Position numbers and translations under genes: made by a program | The notes under the pieces: generated by a model | Seen by the model: the letters and a program-made list of their open reading frames with translations, nothing else | Database searches by the model: none | What the model was told of the DNA's origin: nothing | Source: Eledone cirrhosa | Taxonomy: Eukaryota | Direction: 5' to 3' | Length of the DNA: 64,000 bases | Assembly (NCBI GenBank): GCA_964016885.1 | Contig: OZ024740.1 | Location: 400,892,001-400,956,000 of the forward strand | In this document: piece after piece, positions 15,188-29,246 of the stretch | Layout: every line of letters starts with the position of its first letter | Numbering within the stretch: position 1 is the stretch's first letter

Positions 15188-16584
15188 ATGTATTTCTTAA
15201 ATAAATATATGTATTCATATATATGTGTTACTTATGTTTCCATTATGTTTACTGATATTTTATTACATTACAACATCTTTCAACACTATAGATATAACTT
15301 CCGTCCTTGGTTTCCTCTTTACCTCTCGCTTAGAATATTTCATCTTCTTCATCTTATACATTTTAACATCCTCCCAACTCGTACAATGTTTCGATGCTGG
15401 TCAATTCATCAAGCTTCCACTGACGTATTTCCTTTCTAACGTTTTTATCACTCTGCAATGTCCTCGGTATATCAATGATAACCCCTATACTACATTTTCT
15501 CTCTTAATTTCCTCCCCTAATCATTTCTCATTTTTACTACACATACAACATTTTTTTACGTTATATGCAACGCATGTAAGTATACATATCCACGTATACA
15601 CAGGCGTAGACAGAATTCACGGTTTTCAATTTACCTCTTTACAAAGTCAAGTAAAACATTTTCAATTATTTAAGTATAAGCGCATGAGTGGGTATGATAT
15701 TGCAATAGTTGTTCAACTAATTTCTTTCATCTAATTTGTTTCAGACATTAAGCATTTTGTTATAAATTGCGAATAATTTGTATACTCTTATAATTAAACT
15801 AATATGTATTTTTAAAAAATATTTCATACAAATGAATGATTTGTATATATTTTACAAAACATCGCGGTGAGGTACGACAAAGGAGGAAATAACTTGGCAT
15901 GAAGTATTTCAATGCATAACGTGTTCGAATTTTGTTTTTGACAACATCGATCATATATACCTCAAGTGAGTGTCATTCAGCAGAAGAAAACCTACCTTTT
16001 CAAAATGATTATAAAGTATACTATGATTTTTCATATAAATAATTTTGATGTGATTCTGCAACAATAATCTACATACAACATGAGAATTTTCAGTTCAGAT
16101 TATCGCATTTCAAAACGATATACGTATCAAAGTATTTTCTCTCTCCCTCTCTCTCTCACGTACTTCCTCTCTCTCTCTCCACTCAAACACACACACGCCC
16201 CCCCCCCCCCCCCACACACATACACACACACACACACACACACAGACAAGAAGTCATGATGCCATTCACCTAGTTTTCCAGCTATGCCAAAGCTACTTAG
16301 TTTGACATATCATTCCTTGTCGAAGACCTCGGCAATGTCGAGATATATCACATCTACGTTCGAACGGTTCAGCAACTGTTTCATTTTCTAGTCATAATCC
16401 TGCAAGAACTTCGTAAGACAACCTCTACCCGGGCGAAATTCAGTTTGCTATGTATTTTATACAATATAGTTTATTTACCTTTATGATTACACGTTGAGGG
16501 CTTTTTTGTTAGTGATTCCAACAGCACATTCAGGCAACAATATACGTATAAATATATATATATATATATAAAAGAACGCACAAT

Positions 16585-16750
16585 ATTTCTTATCCATAAA
16601 CGAGGAAGCAGAGTAGATGCTAAAAAAACAGACCTGTCTCGCTGACTTCACATATCAGGAACGTCATGGAACGAATCAACAGAAGGAAACTGATCACTTC
16701 TCTAGTGGAAAATGATCTTCCAACTGACATCCAGTATGACTTTCGCCTAG
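16585..16750 (+). pseudogene. CR1-like RT fragment
   Basis: Translates RPVSLTSHIRNVMERINRRKLITSLVENDLPTDIQYDFR, aligning to YRPISLTSHIIKVFER...NQHGFR in the 43625-45196 ORF. Confidence 0.75.
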
Positions 16751-17900
16751 TTCATTACTGGTACTTTATTTTATCGACCTGGTAAGGATGAAAGGTAAAG
16801 TTAACCTCGTAAAGAGACCGTAAAGAGACGTAACTATGCTGGAAAGCATGGCGTCCCACCCTCTACCGATACTGCCAATTCATAATGGCCGCTAACCGGA
16901 AGTGTTGACATTTGGCAATTTTAAAGAAGTGAATCTTTAAATAAAATATATTTAATCAACAGCCACGAAATTTAGTAGATAAATTATGTAATATTCATTC
17001 ATTATTTATTCAGAGTTACGGCTCCCGCCGAGGTTAACTTTGCCTTTCATCCTTACGGGGTCGATAAAATAAAGTACCAGTAATGTTCTGGGTAATTTCT
17101 GGCCTTGTGCCAAACGTAGAAACAATTATTTATTCAAAGTAATCCACCTTATTTTACAAACGGGGTAAAAAGATATATTCTGGATGCAGTCCAGCACTCC
17201 TTTCTTTATTATAGTTTAGATTAGGGCAGTGAATTGGCAGTATCGGTAGACAGTTGGAAGCCAAGTTTTCTAGCATGGTTACATCCCTTTACGGTCTGAG
17301 TTCAAATCCCGTCGAGGTTAACTTTGCCTTTCATCCTTACAGGGTCCATAAAATAAAGTACCAGTAATGTACTGGATAATTGCTGGCCTTGTGCCAAAAG
17401 TGGAAATAATTATTATTATTAGGTTGGTGGATTGGCAGAATAAGTAGAGGGTCGGACAACATGCTTTGCAGCATAGAGTTACTGCCCTTTACGGTATGAG
17501 TTCAAATCCGACCGAGGTTAGCTTTGCCTTTCATCCTCCCGGGCTCAATAAAATAAAGCACTAGTAATGCACTGGGGTCAATTTCATTACCTTGCACTTC
17601 CCCTTCAAATTGCTGGCCTACATTCTGAGTTCAATCCCAGCGAACTTAGCTTGGTCTTTCTTTCTTACGGTGTCGAGAAAGTGTCTGTAATGCATTGGGG
17701 TCGGTCGATATCTCTCCCACCAAATTATTAGCCTTGTACCTAAATAAGAAACGATTATTATTATACGGCCCTTTATGGTCTGGTTCAAATCCCGCCGAGG
17801 TTAACTTTGCCTTTCATCGTTACGGAGGTCGTTAAAATAAAGTACCAGTAATGTACTGAGTTATTGCTGGCCTTGTGCCAAAAACTAGAAACAATTATTA
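16750..17900. mobile_element. Cluster of about 6 SINE copies (one minus, then head-to-tail plus copies)
   Basis: SINE core at about 16750-16880 (-), 17020-17130, 17224-17420, 17425-17620, 17620-17762 and 17765-17900 (+). Confidence 0.85.
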
Positions 17901-18387
17901 ATGCTGTTGTTGTCGTTGTTCTTCCTGTTGTTGCTGTTAGTTCTGATTGTTTCACTCTAAAAAAATGTACAGCTGTCGAGAAACAGCATACACTACATTT
18001 CAGTTTAATTAAGTCTGATCTGAAACAAACTGATGTGTTTCAATGTCTGTCTTGAAAATCTAGCAAGCAATTAACATCGTATTTCGTTAAGTCTTCTATT
18101 CTGATTGAAATCAAAGTAAGAAAGGAAAGATAGCTATCTTACTATAATAGTGGGCATGACTTCAAATAAAATGAAAAAGCTTGGATTACGCGTAAATACG
18201 TATATGTACAGTCACACATGTAGGCACACACACGTAGACACAGTAACACACATACACACAGACAGGCAAAAACATAGCCCCGATCATACACGCTCATACA
18301 CACATGCACATATGCGTATGTATACATTCCTATATATATACACACACGTATGTATACTCAACACATAGTCTTAGTAATTTCTACTCT

Positions 18388-18515
18388 TGTCACAAGGCCA
18401 GCAATTTAAAAGGAAGAAAAAGTCGATTAAATCAACCCGGTTTGTTACTGGTAATTTATTTTATTGACCCCGTAGTGATGAAAGGCACAGCTAACCACGG
18501 CGGGATTTTAACTCA
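18388..18515 (-). mobile_element. SINE fragment
   Basis: cacaaggccagcaatt...actggtaatttattttattgaccccg...aaaggcacagctaaccacggcgggattt. Confidence 0.75.
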
Positions 18516-18548
18516 GAAGAAAAAGCCAGAAGAAACTCAAGAAATCAT

Positions 18549-19195
18549 TTCTTCTTCTTCTTCTTCTTCTTCTTCTTCTTCTTCTTCTTCTTCTTCTTCC
18601 TGACAGGTTCGTGGGGGCAGACTCCTCAAACACTCCCTCCAATGGGTCCTGTCGGAAGCAATCGTCTCCAACTGATCCGGAAGGATCCCCAAGCGAGACC
18701 AACCAAGTTCATGGATGTTATCCAATCCCCTTGCTCGGGGTCTACCACTCGGTCTCCTGCTGTTTGGTTTTGTCCGTAAAATCTCTCCAGCGATTCTTTC
18801 CTGGGGCATTCTAACCACATTCCCCTAGTATCGGAGCTGTAGTCTCTCAATTCGGAGAAGTAGCAGCTCTAACTGACTTTCTGATTTCCGAGCTACGCAC
18901 TCTATCGAGTAATGTTACTCCGTCGAACCTTTGAAGGAAATCCCTTTCGGTGGCTTGTATTCGCGATCGTATTCTTTCGGTCATTTCATGCCGTAGGTAA
19001 GGGTTGGCACAAATGCCGAATTGAAGACAGCGAGTTTAGCTTTCACACTTACTTCCCTTCTGATTACTGAATGCTGAAGCTGGCGCATTAATGCAACAGC
19101 TCATGCAATTCTTGCACTTAATTCAGCCACTTGCCTTCCATCACTCGTGAATAGAGCACCGATATACATGAACTTCTCTACTTGCTTCAAATTAA
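18549..19195 (-). mobile_element. RTE-clade LINE 3' fragment with (GAA)n tail
   Basis: VRMPQERIAGEILRTKPNSRRPSGRPRAR.LDNI; (ttc)n at 18549-18599; near-identical to 55033-55440. Confidence 0.9.
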
Positions 19196-19961
19196 TTTTA
19201 ATATATTGCAATATTTCATTAGATTTACAATAGGAGCTGCATTTACCAGAATTTACATTTAGAATTAATAGTAATTTAACAAAATTAGTTGTTTATTTAT
19301 TCGAATGAATATAAATATAATTATAATAAAATTCTTATTATTGGCAAAATGTACCAAAAACCTGAGAATAACATTTTCACCAATATATATACATTTCATA
19401 TGATCTTTCACGGAAAGAAATAGTTATCAGGTGAACGACAGTTTTACCAAAATAATTCTTCTACAGTATGCAATTGAAGCAAGCCTGATATATACGCCCT
19501 GACTTGCGTGTATCTTTCAAAATCATTAATTTATTAAGCTAATGTCTCTCTAGCAAACTCGAGTCAAACAGATCGTGCATCTATATTCAAGCGCTTAGAA
19601 AAATGCCTCGAAATCTCATCATGCAAATATAGCAAAATCGATGAAGTCATTATAGAACACGCATCCCTCTAATGTTTCTAGTATATGAGACTTTTGTGTC
19701 TCAGAGAACTATAACAATTTATTACTGCCTTTTGGAAATGATGAGGACTGGCTGACATCTTCTTCTATATCTATTGAAGAATTTCCAAATGCATATTAGG
19801 TAAAATAGTTTGTTTCGCACATAATGGAATTTCCAGAAACTACAAATTGAACACATTGAAGGAATCCTTAAAACATTTGACCTTGAGGAGTGAAGTCGGG
19901 TTGGTAGGAGGTGACTACAGATGTATGACAAATAATCACAGAAATACAGATACACACACAC

Positions 19962-20025
<64 letters not shown>

Positions 20026-20531
20026 ATGTGTGTGAGTGTGTATGTGTGCGTGCTTGTGTTTGTGTGTGTATATGTGTGTGCGTGTGTGTTTGTGTGTCCC
20101 TATCTGATTAAAATCAAATAACCGAAGAAGAATTTAAAAGAAAATATTACTACCAATAAAAGAAAATTGTCCTTCTTTATATAAGCAATTATGAAAACAA
20201 ATGTGTTGCTTATCTTATGTATGTTCGTTTGATATATTGAAATAATTAAAACTCAAGTCAACATAATCTCTTACATTTCTCCTTGTCCTATCTGGCAATT
20301 TTCTACAAATACAATGTTTACTTTTAATTTATTTCTCGAAAACTATAAATTTTGATCAAATTCTAGATCTATTTGTATGAGACCTCTTGGCACACTCGCA
20401 TATGGAAATGACCTGTAATCTTATTCGTTGTATTCTGATCTGAATAATCTGAAAATGAACTACACCCAGTTCATATATATGTTATCATTGTTCACAAACA
20501 TACATTACAGCGTACTTATGTGCAAACACAG

Positions 20532-20601
<70 letters not shown>

Positions 20602-20633
20602 GTGTGTGTATGTGTGTGTGTATATCATGTATG

Positions 20634-20665
<32 letters not shown>

Positions 20666-21609
20666 ATTGCTGTTGGATGCTTAAAGCGTCCGTATGCGGT
20701 AGGCTGTATGAGCACTCGATGCCCTCATAGAGCAAAGTATGATATCACCATATATATATATATATACATATATATATATTATATAAATATATATATATTA
20801 TATAAATATATATATATGTGTATGTCTGTGTCTATGTCTGCCTCTTTGTTTAAATGTGCACACGCTCGTTCACACATACACGCACACATATATCTATTTT
20901 CAAAGTCAATGTTTGCTTGATCAAGTCTGTCCCGCGGTTGAACAACAACAGCTCCGCAATAAGTGGTATATGGTTACTTAACAATGTTTTACATTGAATC
21001 GAAAACAAAATTAGAATGTAAATGCTCTTGCCAACTAAGTAAAACTAGACACCACTCTTCAGCTTGTGTTCTTTGGAAGCGATATGATTGTAAAAGTGTG
21101 TCGAAACAGATTCGCTTCTCTTTGTACAGTAATTTGTAAGAAATTAATCGGGTACTACTTCACTTATTACGTTATAGTTAAATAATCTACATATTTTTCT
21201 AGTGAATGTAATAGACCTGATTGCTACCAAATTAAATGCCTTTACTATGAAATATATTCGGCGGCATACACGTTAGTTTTAGGGCGGAGAATGAACAATT
21301 CTATTCAGTGTATGTGGAAAGAAATATTTATGGAATGGAAATACACCCCTATATACTCCTAGTTCAAATCACACCGGGTAAAATATTGGGCTGTATCTTT
21401 CCGTGGTCGATAAAAAAATTAGTTGTAAGATACGGGAAGTGGATTTAATTTTTTTCACCTTTCATTTGTAGCCTTACACACATTTTAGAAATCAACACTT
21501 TAAATATTGAACGAATTAAGTGTAAAAAAATACTGGCTGTTTATACATTTTACAAACACTAATCCTTTTATGAGTCTTCAGTAAGCAAGTGGGCGAATTA
21601 TATAGCATT

Positions 21610-21715
21610 CCCACCAAGGTTAACTTTGCCTTTCATCCTTACGGGGTCGATAAAATAAAGTACCAGTAATGTACTGGGTAATTGCTGGCCTTTGCCAAAT
21701 GTAGAAACAATTATA
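21610..21715 (+). mobile_element. 5'-truncated SINE copy
   Basis: Core and tail match 5160-5350. Confidence 0.8.
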
Positions 21716-22676
21716 TTTTCTTTGGTGGTATTTCACAGATACGGATGTCTGATAAATCATTAGCCATTTCTGAAAGAAATTATACTTATATTTTACTCCT
21801 CTGAGAATGTTGCATAGAGGAATATAATCATGAATTGAAACGGTTCAATATGTTACTGGTAGGATTTTTAGTGTTATAAAGAATTAAAACCAGCCTTGAT
21901 GCAAGTAGGCTTTTATCTTGTAACTGAGTAAAAACGAAATTATGTTTCCAAGCATGGAGTTCTGGTTGTATAGTTGAGAAGTTTTCTTCGCAATCGCATC
22001 ATTACGAAATGAACCCGGGTTCAATAAGAATGTGCACCAGTAGCATTTAACAAGTGTGTACCTTGTGTGGGAGACAGAAACTGTGCAGATCTATTTTCTA
22101 TACATACACAGACAACACAAACACATAGACATACACAGAAAGACATATACGTACACACAGAGAAGGGGACAGATATATCTATGTTGTACCTACCTGTGTG
22201 AGTGTTTTTGTTTACTGCCGTCTATTGTCTGAAGTTTCATATTTTCTAATAGCTATTGATAAACATACGTACAAGCCAGAAATAAGAACTGTATACTATA
22301 TAATTGTAGAAGCACACGAAGTTCAAACCTTTGAAGCGATGGAGCCCAATGACTAAAGTCAATAAAAAAAATATAATAATTTACTCAGTTGATAGCCTCT
22401 GTAGGTTTTCAACCTTCCCCCACTTCTAATATATTGCTTTCGAACATTGGCTAGCGGTAAACTTTGGTCTCTGGTTTGGTAGTAATAATTCTCAACAACC
22501 AAGATTTAACTGGTATATATTTACCTACAATGGAAGTGGTTGAAATCCTAGCTTAGCGATGTAGCAAATATTGTAAGACTATATACTTATATTACTTTCT
22601 AGCATACTTTTCTGGTTGGGAAGTAATAATTCTCAACACCAGGATTTAACTGTTATATATTTACCCATATTTACCT

Positions 22677-22843
22677 GTCAGTTTGATTCCTGGACCGGGC
22701 GAAGCGTTATGTCCTTGAGCAAGACACTTTATTTCAGGCTGCTCCTTTAACCTGGAGTTGCCACCGATAGATAGTATTAGCAATTGGAAAGACAAACGGA
22801 AACATTGTTTCCTCGGTCCGATTTGACGAAAGTCGTTCGTTAA
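22677..22843 (+). mobile_element. Second SINE family, 5'-truncated, with 10-bp TSD
   Basis: B-box-like gtttgattcc followed by tgtccttgagcaagacactt; TSD atatttacct at 22667-22676 and 22844-22853. Confidence 0.7.
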
Positions 22844-23239
22844 ATATTTACCTACAATGGGAGAAGTTGGACTCCCAGCTTAGTGCAGTAGTAAGACTAT
22901 ATATTTATTTTGCAATTGTTTCACAATCTCAAACTAATATGAAAAGATGCAAATTTATTTGAATATCATTTCAGCCAAAGTATTGTCGATATGTATATAA
23001 CAATATCTCTTTCACTATTTCTCTCCATTTCTCTTTCTCTCCCACTCTTTCTCACCCTCTCTGTCTCGCTTACAATCTTTCTTTCTCCCACAACCTCCCT
23101 TTCTAACTTTCTATTTCTCCTTGTACAACAAATTCAATATAGGTATATCACTATTTTTGTTGATATTTAATTCAAGAAGAGTTAAAACAAATATGCACAT
23201 ATATGTGCATAGCTGTATGTATATTTGATGTTTAATTTG

Positions 23240-23381
<142 letters not shown>

Positions 23382-24473
23382 GGTGTGTGTCGTGTGTATG
23401 TCGTGTGTATTATGAATGAGATAACGAAGTTTCAATTCAAAATGTTTTTATTCCCCTGCACAGATAGAAAGAGGTAGGGAAAGAAAACAAAAGGGAGAGT
23501 ATGGGATAGAAGAGAGACTATGGATGGATGGCGTCCTCGTATCATACGTTTACACGTACATTCATTTGTAAGCCTGAGTCCCTCTTTCTCCATTTCAGTC
23601 TGCCAAACTGTCTATCTACCACTTCTACCTCACCTGCTATCGCTCATATTGTTTGTTTGTGTGACATCACGCACACACACACACACACAGACACACATAC
23701 CCCCCCACACACACACACACAGAAACACAACCACACACACAGAAACACACACACACACATATACATACACGCACACGCACACACACACACACTCACACAC
23801 GAATCCATGTTACTCTCTAACAAACCACCTACCCATTTATGTGACGGTTTGTCGTTTTTTTAAGTGTCAGACTTTTTTCTTGATATCTATTTTCGTGTTT
23901 ACCAAGCGGACAACTATGTCTTATGATACAAAGACTTAACAATTACACATGTAACTTGATGTAGTAAAAGAAAATTAACTAAAATGTAAAAAGGTTTTAG
24001 TAATAGTTCCTCAAATCAGCGGATTTAATTAAAGTAAATGTGTATTTTCCCCCCATACACACCAAAAATGGACCTTCATCATAGACATTTTTGGAGATGA
24101 AATCCCTTGCAACAAATTTAGACCCTTTTATATTTTGTTGAATCAAGACTATCTAGAAAATTTCGCTGTTTTGATCAATGATGGGAGCCAAATTGGATTC
24201 ACTCGTTTGAAAAATCGAGTATTATTTTCATCGAAATTCCAATTCAAACCTTTATTATGAAGATTCAAGAATGTTAAGTACAAAAACATATTATTAATCG
24301 CATAAATTTACATGAAACAAAACAGAAAGCACATACGCATTCTCATATTTAACGTATATAGATAAATTATCGCATGATGTATATATATATATATATAAAT
24401 TGTGTATTTCAAAACATTTACAGAGGTGAAAAAATTGAACACATAAGCAATATCAACATCCTTCTCTCTCTCA

Positions 24474-24511
<38 letters not shown>

Positions 24512-24600
24512 CCCTCTCTCTCTTTCACTTTCTCTCTTTTTCTCTCTGTTTCCTCTCTGTATTTCATATACATATATATTCACACATACGCGCACGCGCA

Positions 24601-24699
<99 letters not shown>

Positions 24700-25486
24700 A
24701 CACACACGCACACATATATATATATATAATCAGGAGAAAACAAATATTGGACAGGAGAGAAGAAAGAGGAACAGAAAAAAAAATATTAAGATACTATGAT
24801 TGAAAACATACGAGAAGAAGTGGAGAAAAAAGATAGATATTAAAGAAAGAATAGATTAGTTCAAGTGTGAAAGATGGCGGCGGGAATAAAAGTGATATGG
24901 GAGAGAAAGTCGGATATATCTGAAAATGCATAGATATATCTTAAGGAAGGGAGAGAAAAACAAATTGAATAAAAAAGAGTGACTATCAGATTAAAATATC
25001 AAAATATATAAAAGAAAAGGTGTATAAGCAACACCTAAACAACTTTTTGTCTCCTGCCTCCTGGGACTATTAATATGAATAGGAATTGTAAACCGATTAT
25101 TCGTTTGATTTTTATGAGAAACAAAATAGTATAAGAAGAGTGATATTAAAAAAAAAAATTTCTAAAATGAAAACATAAAATCTAAATCTAAATCTAGGAG
25201 AAAACATAATGGTTATATTTTTTGTAAATGATTTAGATATTTTCTATTACCTTTCGTCCTTAGAGGACAAATTTTTCACAGAACATACATTGAGATAATA
25301 AGAAAGTTATAAAAGTTCGGTCACTTATCTTAATCTCTACGTTATGATCTTTTGTTTTTCTTTTCTTTATGCATTCCACATTTATTTAGTGAACATTATG
25401 CACACTTTCCCGCAGACGCACACATATCGAAAATATGTTTAATCACATATCTTTATATATTATGTGCACAGAATATATACACACGT

Positions 25487-25524
<38 letters not shown>

Positions 25525-25909
25525 AATATTTATGTATGTATTTATGTATGTATGTATGCATTTATATCAGAATTAATATAAATAAATATACCTTTATGAA
25601 AATGTAGAGATATGGAAATACATGTATGTACTGAGAAATACGCAAACATACAAATAGATCGAAGTGTTTCCACTTCGTGTATCTCTTTTTACTTGAAGTA
25701 CACCACAATATCATTATATAGCATTTACTGACTTTTTAAATCAACATAAAATATACCTGAACGACGAAGCATAAATTTAATAATAGGCATAGAAGCAAAT
25801 TAACTTTGCTAGTCTTCATAGCACGGTACAAAGGTAACCTAAGGGCAGCAGTAACAGACTCCTTCTTACACCAATGGCCAGCCAACACAGGCTGACGATA
25901 GAATGTCTA

Positions 25910-25978
25910 GCAGCAAGGGCGGTGTCCCAGCATGACCTCAGCCGCATGGCTGGAACAGGTAAAAGAGTAAAAGAGTAT
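25910..25978 (+). mobile_element. Short LINE/SINE 3' tail ending in (gtaaaaga)2 at TA
   Basis: Second copy in reverse at 40970-41026, embedded in (TA)n. Confidence 0.65.
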
Positions 25979-26106
25979 ATATAGTTTAATCTAACAGAAG
26001 TCTGATGAGACTTTAATCTAGAGTCGGGCTCGATCTATAGAGATCGAACTTGGAGCTGAATATACATAATGAGAATTTGACACATCAGCCATTCTGTATA
26101 TATATA

Positions 26107-26350
26107 TAAATGAAGTATTTCCGTCGGAAAGGCACAGGAAAAAGAGTACTCTATGTAGGATACAGAGCTTATTAGTTATTTAATAAAGAACATAAGATAA
26201 TTATTTCATTTACCAGTGGTTTCTTGAAGGCAGATGTTATGTCTGTCTTCAGTAAGTCGTCACTGATGACTGAAGACAGACATAACATCTGCCTTCAAGA
26301 AACCAGTGGTAAATGAAATAATTATCTTATGTTGTATATTACATAACTAT
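26107..26350 (-). mobile_element. Fold-back PLE-like 3' end with HHR-like core
   Basis: 65-bp arms 26189-26253 / 26269-26333 (1 mismatch); ctgatga-stem-gaaac-cagtg-gta at 26263-26311 (+); TA runs on both sides. Confidence 0.75.
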
Positions 26351-26384
26351 ATATATATATAAATATATATATATAAATATTATT

Positions 26385-26560
26385 AGAAAGGTAGAGGGTC
26401 AGACACCATGCTTTCAAGCATAGTTACGTCCCTTTACGATCTGAGTTCAAATCCCGCGGAAGTTGACTTTGCCTTTCATCCTTACGGGGTCGATAAAATA
26501 AAGTACCAGTAATGCACTAGATAATTGATGGCCTTGTGCCAAAAGTAGAAACAATTATTA
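26385..26560 (+). mobile_element. SINE copy
   Basis: Colinear with 5160-5350. Confidence 0.85.
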
Positions 26561-26653
26561 GAAATGTAAGCTATCGTCGTATTTTGACTAAAGAAATTAT
26601 TTAGCCTGATAATGGGGTTAAGAACCCTCGGAGAAATGGAAAAAGATGAGTAT

Positions 26654-26725
26654 TGACGTACATGGGAGTCGAACCCACATCTTTGGTTATCCGGACCACT
26701 GTGCTACCATTTACACCAACACCTC
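26654..26725 (-). pseudogene. tRNA-like sequence, probably the head of a third SINE family (body to about 26560)
   Basis: gaggtgt-tggtgtaaatggtagcac-agtggtccggataaccaaagat-gtgggttcgactcccat-gtacgtca: A box, B box and imperfect cloverleaf; the downstream body recurs at 35764-35860 (+). Confidence 0.7.
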
Positions 26726-26792
26726 ACCCGTCTTTTCCCATTCAAATTAGAAGCTATAAATATACATATAAATATATATATATATATATATA

Positions 26793-27090
26793 TATGTATA
26801 TGTATGTATATATGTATGTATATATATATATATATATTTAACGAAGGATGTGTGGTAAGGAACCAGGTGGACCATAACGCACCAGAGTAGACAATACTTT
26901 GGGTAGTAGAGTGGGTAATAGAGAGAGAGAGAGCTCTGCCGTCGAGGTATTGAACCTGTTCCTATTACCCACTCTACTACCCAAAGTATTGTCTACTCTG
27001 GTGCATTATGGTCCACCTGGTTCCTTACCACACATCCTTCGTTAAATATATATATATATATATACATACATATATACATACATATACATA
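26793..27090. repeat. Long inverted repeat (family B fold-back element)
   Basis: Arms about 26793-26921 / 26962-27090, near-perfect, including the compound TA/TATG microsatellite. Confidence 0.9.
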
Positions 27091-27099
27091 TCTCTCTCT

Positions 27100-27429
<330 letters not shown>

Positions 27430-27638
27430 GGGTGTATGTGTGTATGTGTAGCAATTAAACACTTGTTCTGCGCAAGTCATTTGGACCGGATTAGGTGCAA
27501 TGTTTTCACTTAAAACTATTAGGCAAACATACACAGATTCACACACATGCAAACACACAATCAAACACAGCTGCGCAGGCAGAGTAAGAGAGAAGGGTGA
27601 GAGAGAGTGAGTAAGCGGGAGATATATAGAGAGAGCGA

Positions 27639-27706
<68 letters not shown>

Positions 27707-28132
27707 CAGAGAGACAGAGAGAGAGAGAGAAACACGTATTATCAAGGTTGATATGAAGCAAGTTGAAGTAAGATTCAGCGAGATGTGAATAATGGAGAGA
27801 GCCGGGAGAAATATCAAACGTTCTTATGACTCTGCTGCCCTCTCCCATTTCAGCTGTCATGTTACACATGTCCCATTGGATCAAACAAGGAATGGTGGAG
27901 TGGTTTCAGAGGCCCTCTATATCTGCTTGCGAAAACATGGGCACCCAACCTCCTTACAGAAAGTATACTATATACGGCCAAGTCATACTCGGTTGTGAAT
28001 AATAGTTGTTGTATAGGTATGTATGCTTATACCTTTCTCTAGCACCGCCCTCTCCCTCTCTCTCTTTCTCTCTCTTACTCATCCCCTCTCTCTCTTACTC
28101 TCCCTCTCTCTCTCTGAATATAGTGAAAAATG

Positions 28133-28188
<56 letters not shown>

Positions 28189-28192
<4 letters not shown>

Positions 28193-28360
28193 TTCTAGAG
28201 GCCTAGAACTGTTTCATTCGTGAGAAATCATCATGATTTCTCACGAATGAAACAGTTCTATTCCTGTAGAATCTCTTCTATATTAAAACTGTTATACTCT
28301 GCTACGTATTGAGTACCTTACTTACTGTGGTTACTTCCGATTCAACCCGGAATAACTTAC
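28189..28360 (+). mobile_element. Fold-back PLE-like 3' end
   Basis: Perfect 28-bp arms 28204-28231 / 28233-28260 containing gaaacagttc; tail loosely related to the 26107 and 29247 elements; TA flanks. Confidence 0.65.
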
Positions 28361-28952
28361 CTATATATAAATATGCGTGTGTGTGTATTTATTTGCGACT
28401 GAACACGCGTATGTGTGTAAATGTGTGCTTGCATGGACACACACATACTCATACACACATACAGACAAACACACTCATATATATATATAAACAAGCACCC
28501 CACAAGTTCTAAATTCAACACAACATCATCAAATGCCAACTGAGGAATTTATAAAATGTAAATCAAAACAATCAGCTCTAAAAAAAGGACAAATATAGCA
28601 AAATAAAATTTAAAAAAATTACCAACAAAACATATACTAAATTAAGTGTAAAAAATTCAACAATAACCAAATCAGTAGAGATAAACGGAAACCAATAAAC
28701 AAAGACAAAAGATAAATTCTTGAAGAATTTCGCGCGAAAACTATTTTGTTGCTCGTTACATTGCTTTAAACAAAACACTAATTGAATTCATATTGCTCTC
28801 ACGGTTTCTATAACTTATCTGCATTTCATCGAATTCTTCCATGCCTAACTATCTGTCTTACTTCAGTGTCTGCTTGTCGAAAACTCTGTACGTATCTGCC
28901 TATCCCTTTCTCGTCCTTTCTCCCCTTTTCCGCCTTTATCACACATTCTCTC

Positions 28953-29025
<73 letters not shown>

Positions 29026-29027
29026 AT

Positions 29028-29059
<32 letters not shown>

Positions 29060-29202
29060 GTATTCGTGTATGTATATGTCAAATACACACCAATACACAC
29101 ACACAAAAACAGGAAAGCACACAGACACACACACACTCACACATAGACACACACACACAGACACATGCATACACACAAACACAGCCAGACAGACAGACAC
29201 AA

Positions 29203-29233
<31 letters not shown>

Positions 29234-29246
29234 AATTTGTGTGTGT

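Noticed and set aside
18508-18702. Poly-R/E/S ORFs
   Set aside because: Translations of the RTE (GAA)n tail.
27854-27962. Possible exon after ctctcccatttcag
   Set aside because: Weak donor (gtatac) and unrecognisable peptide.
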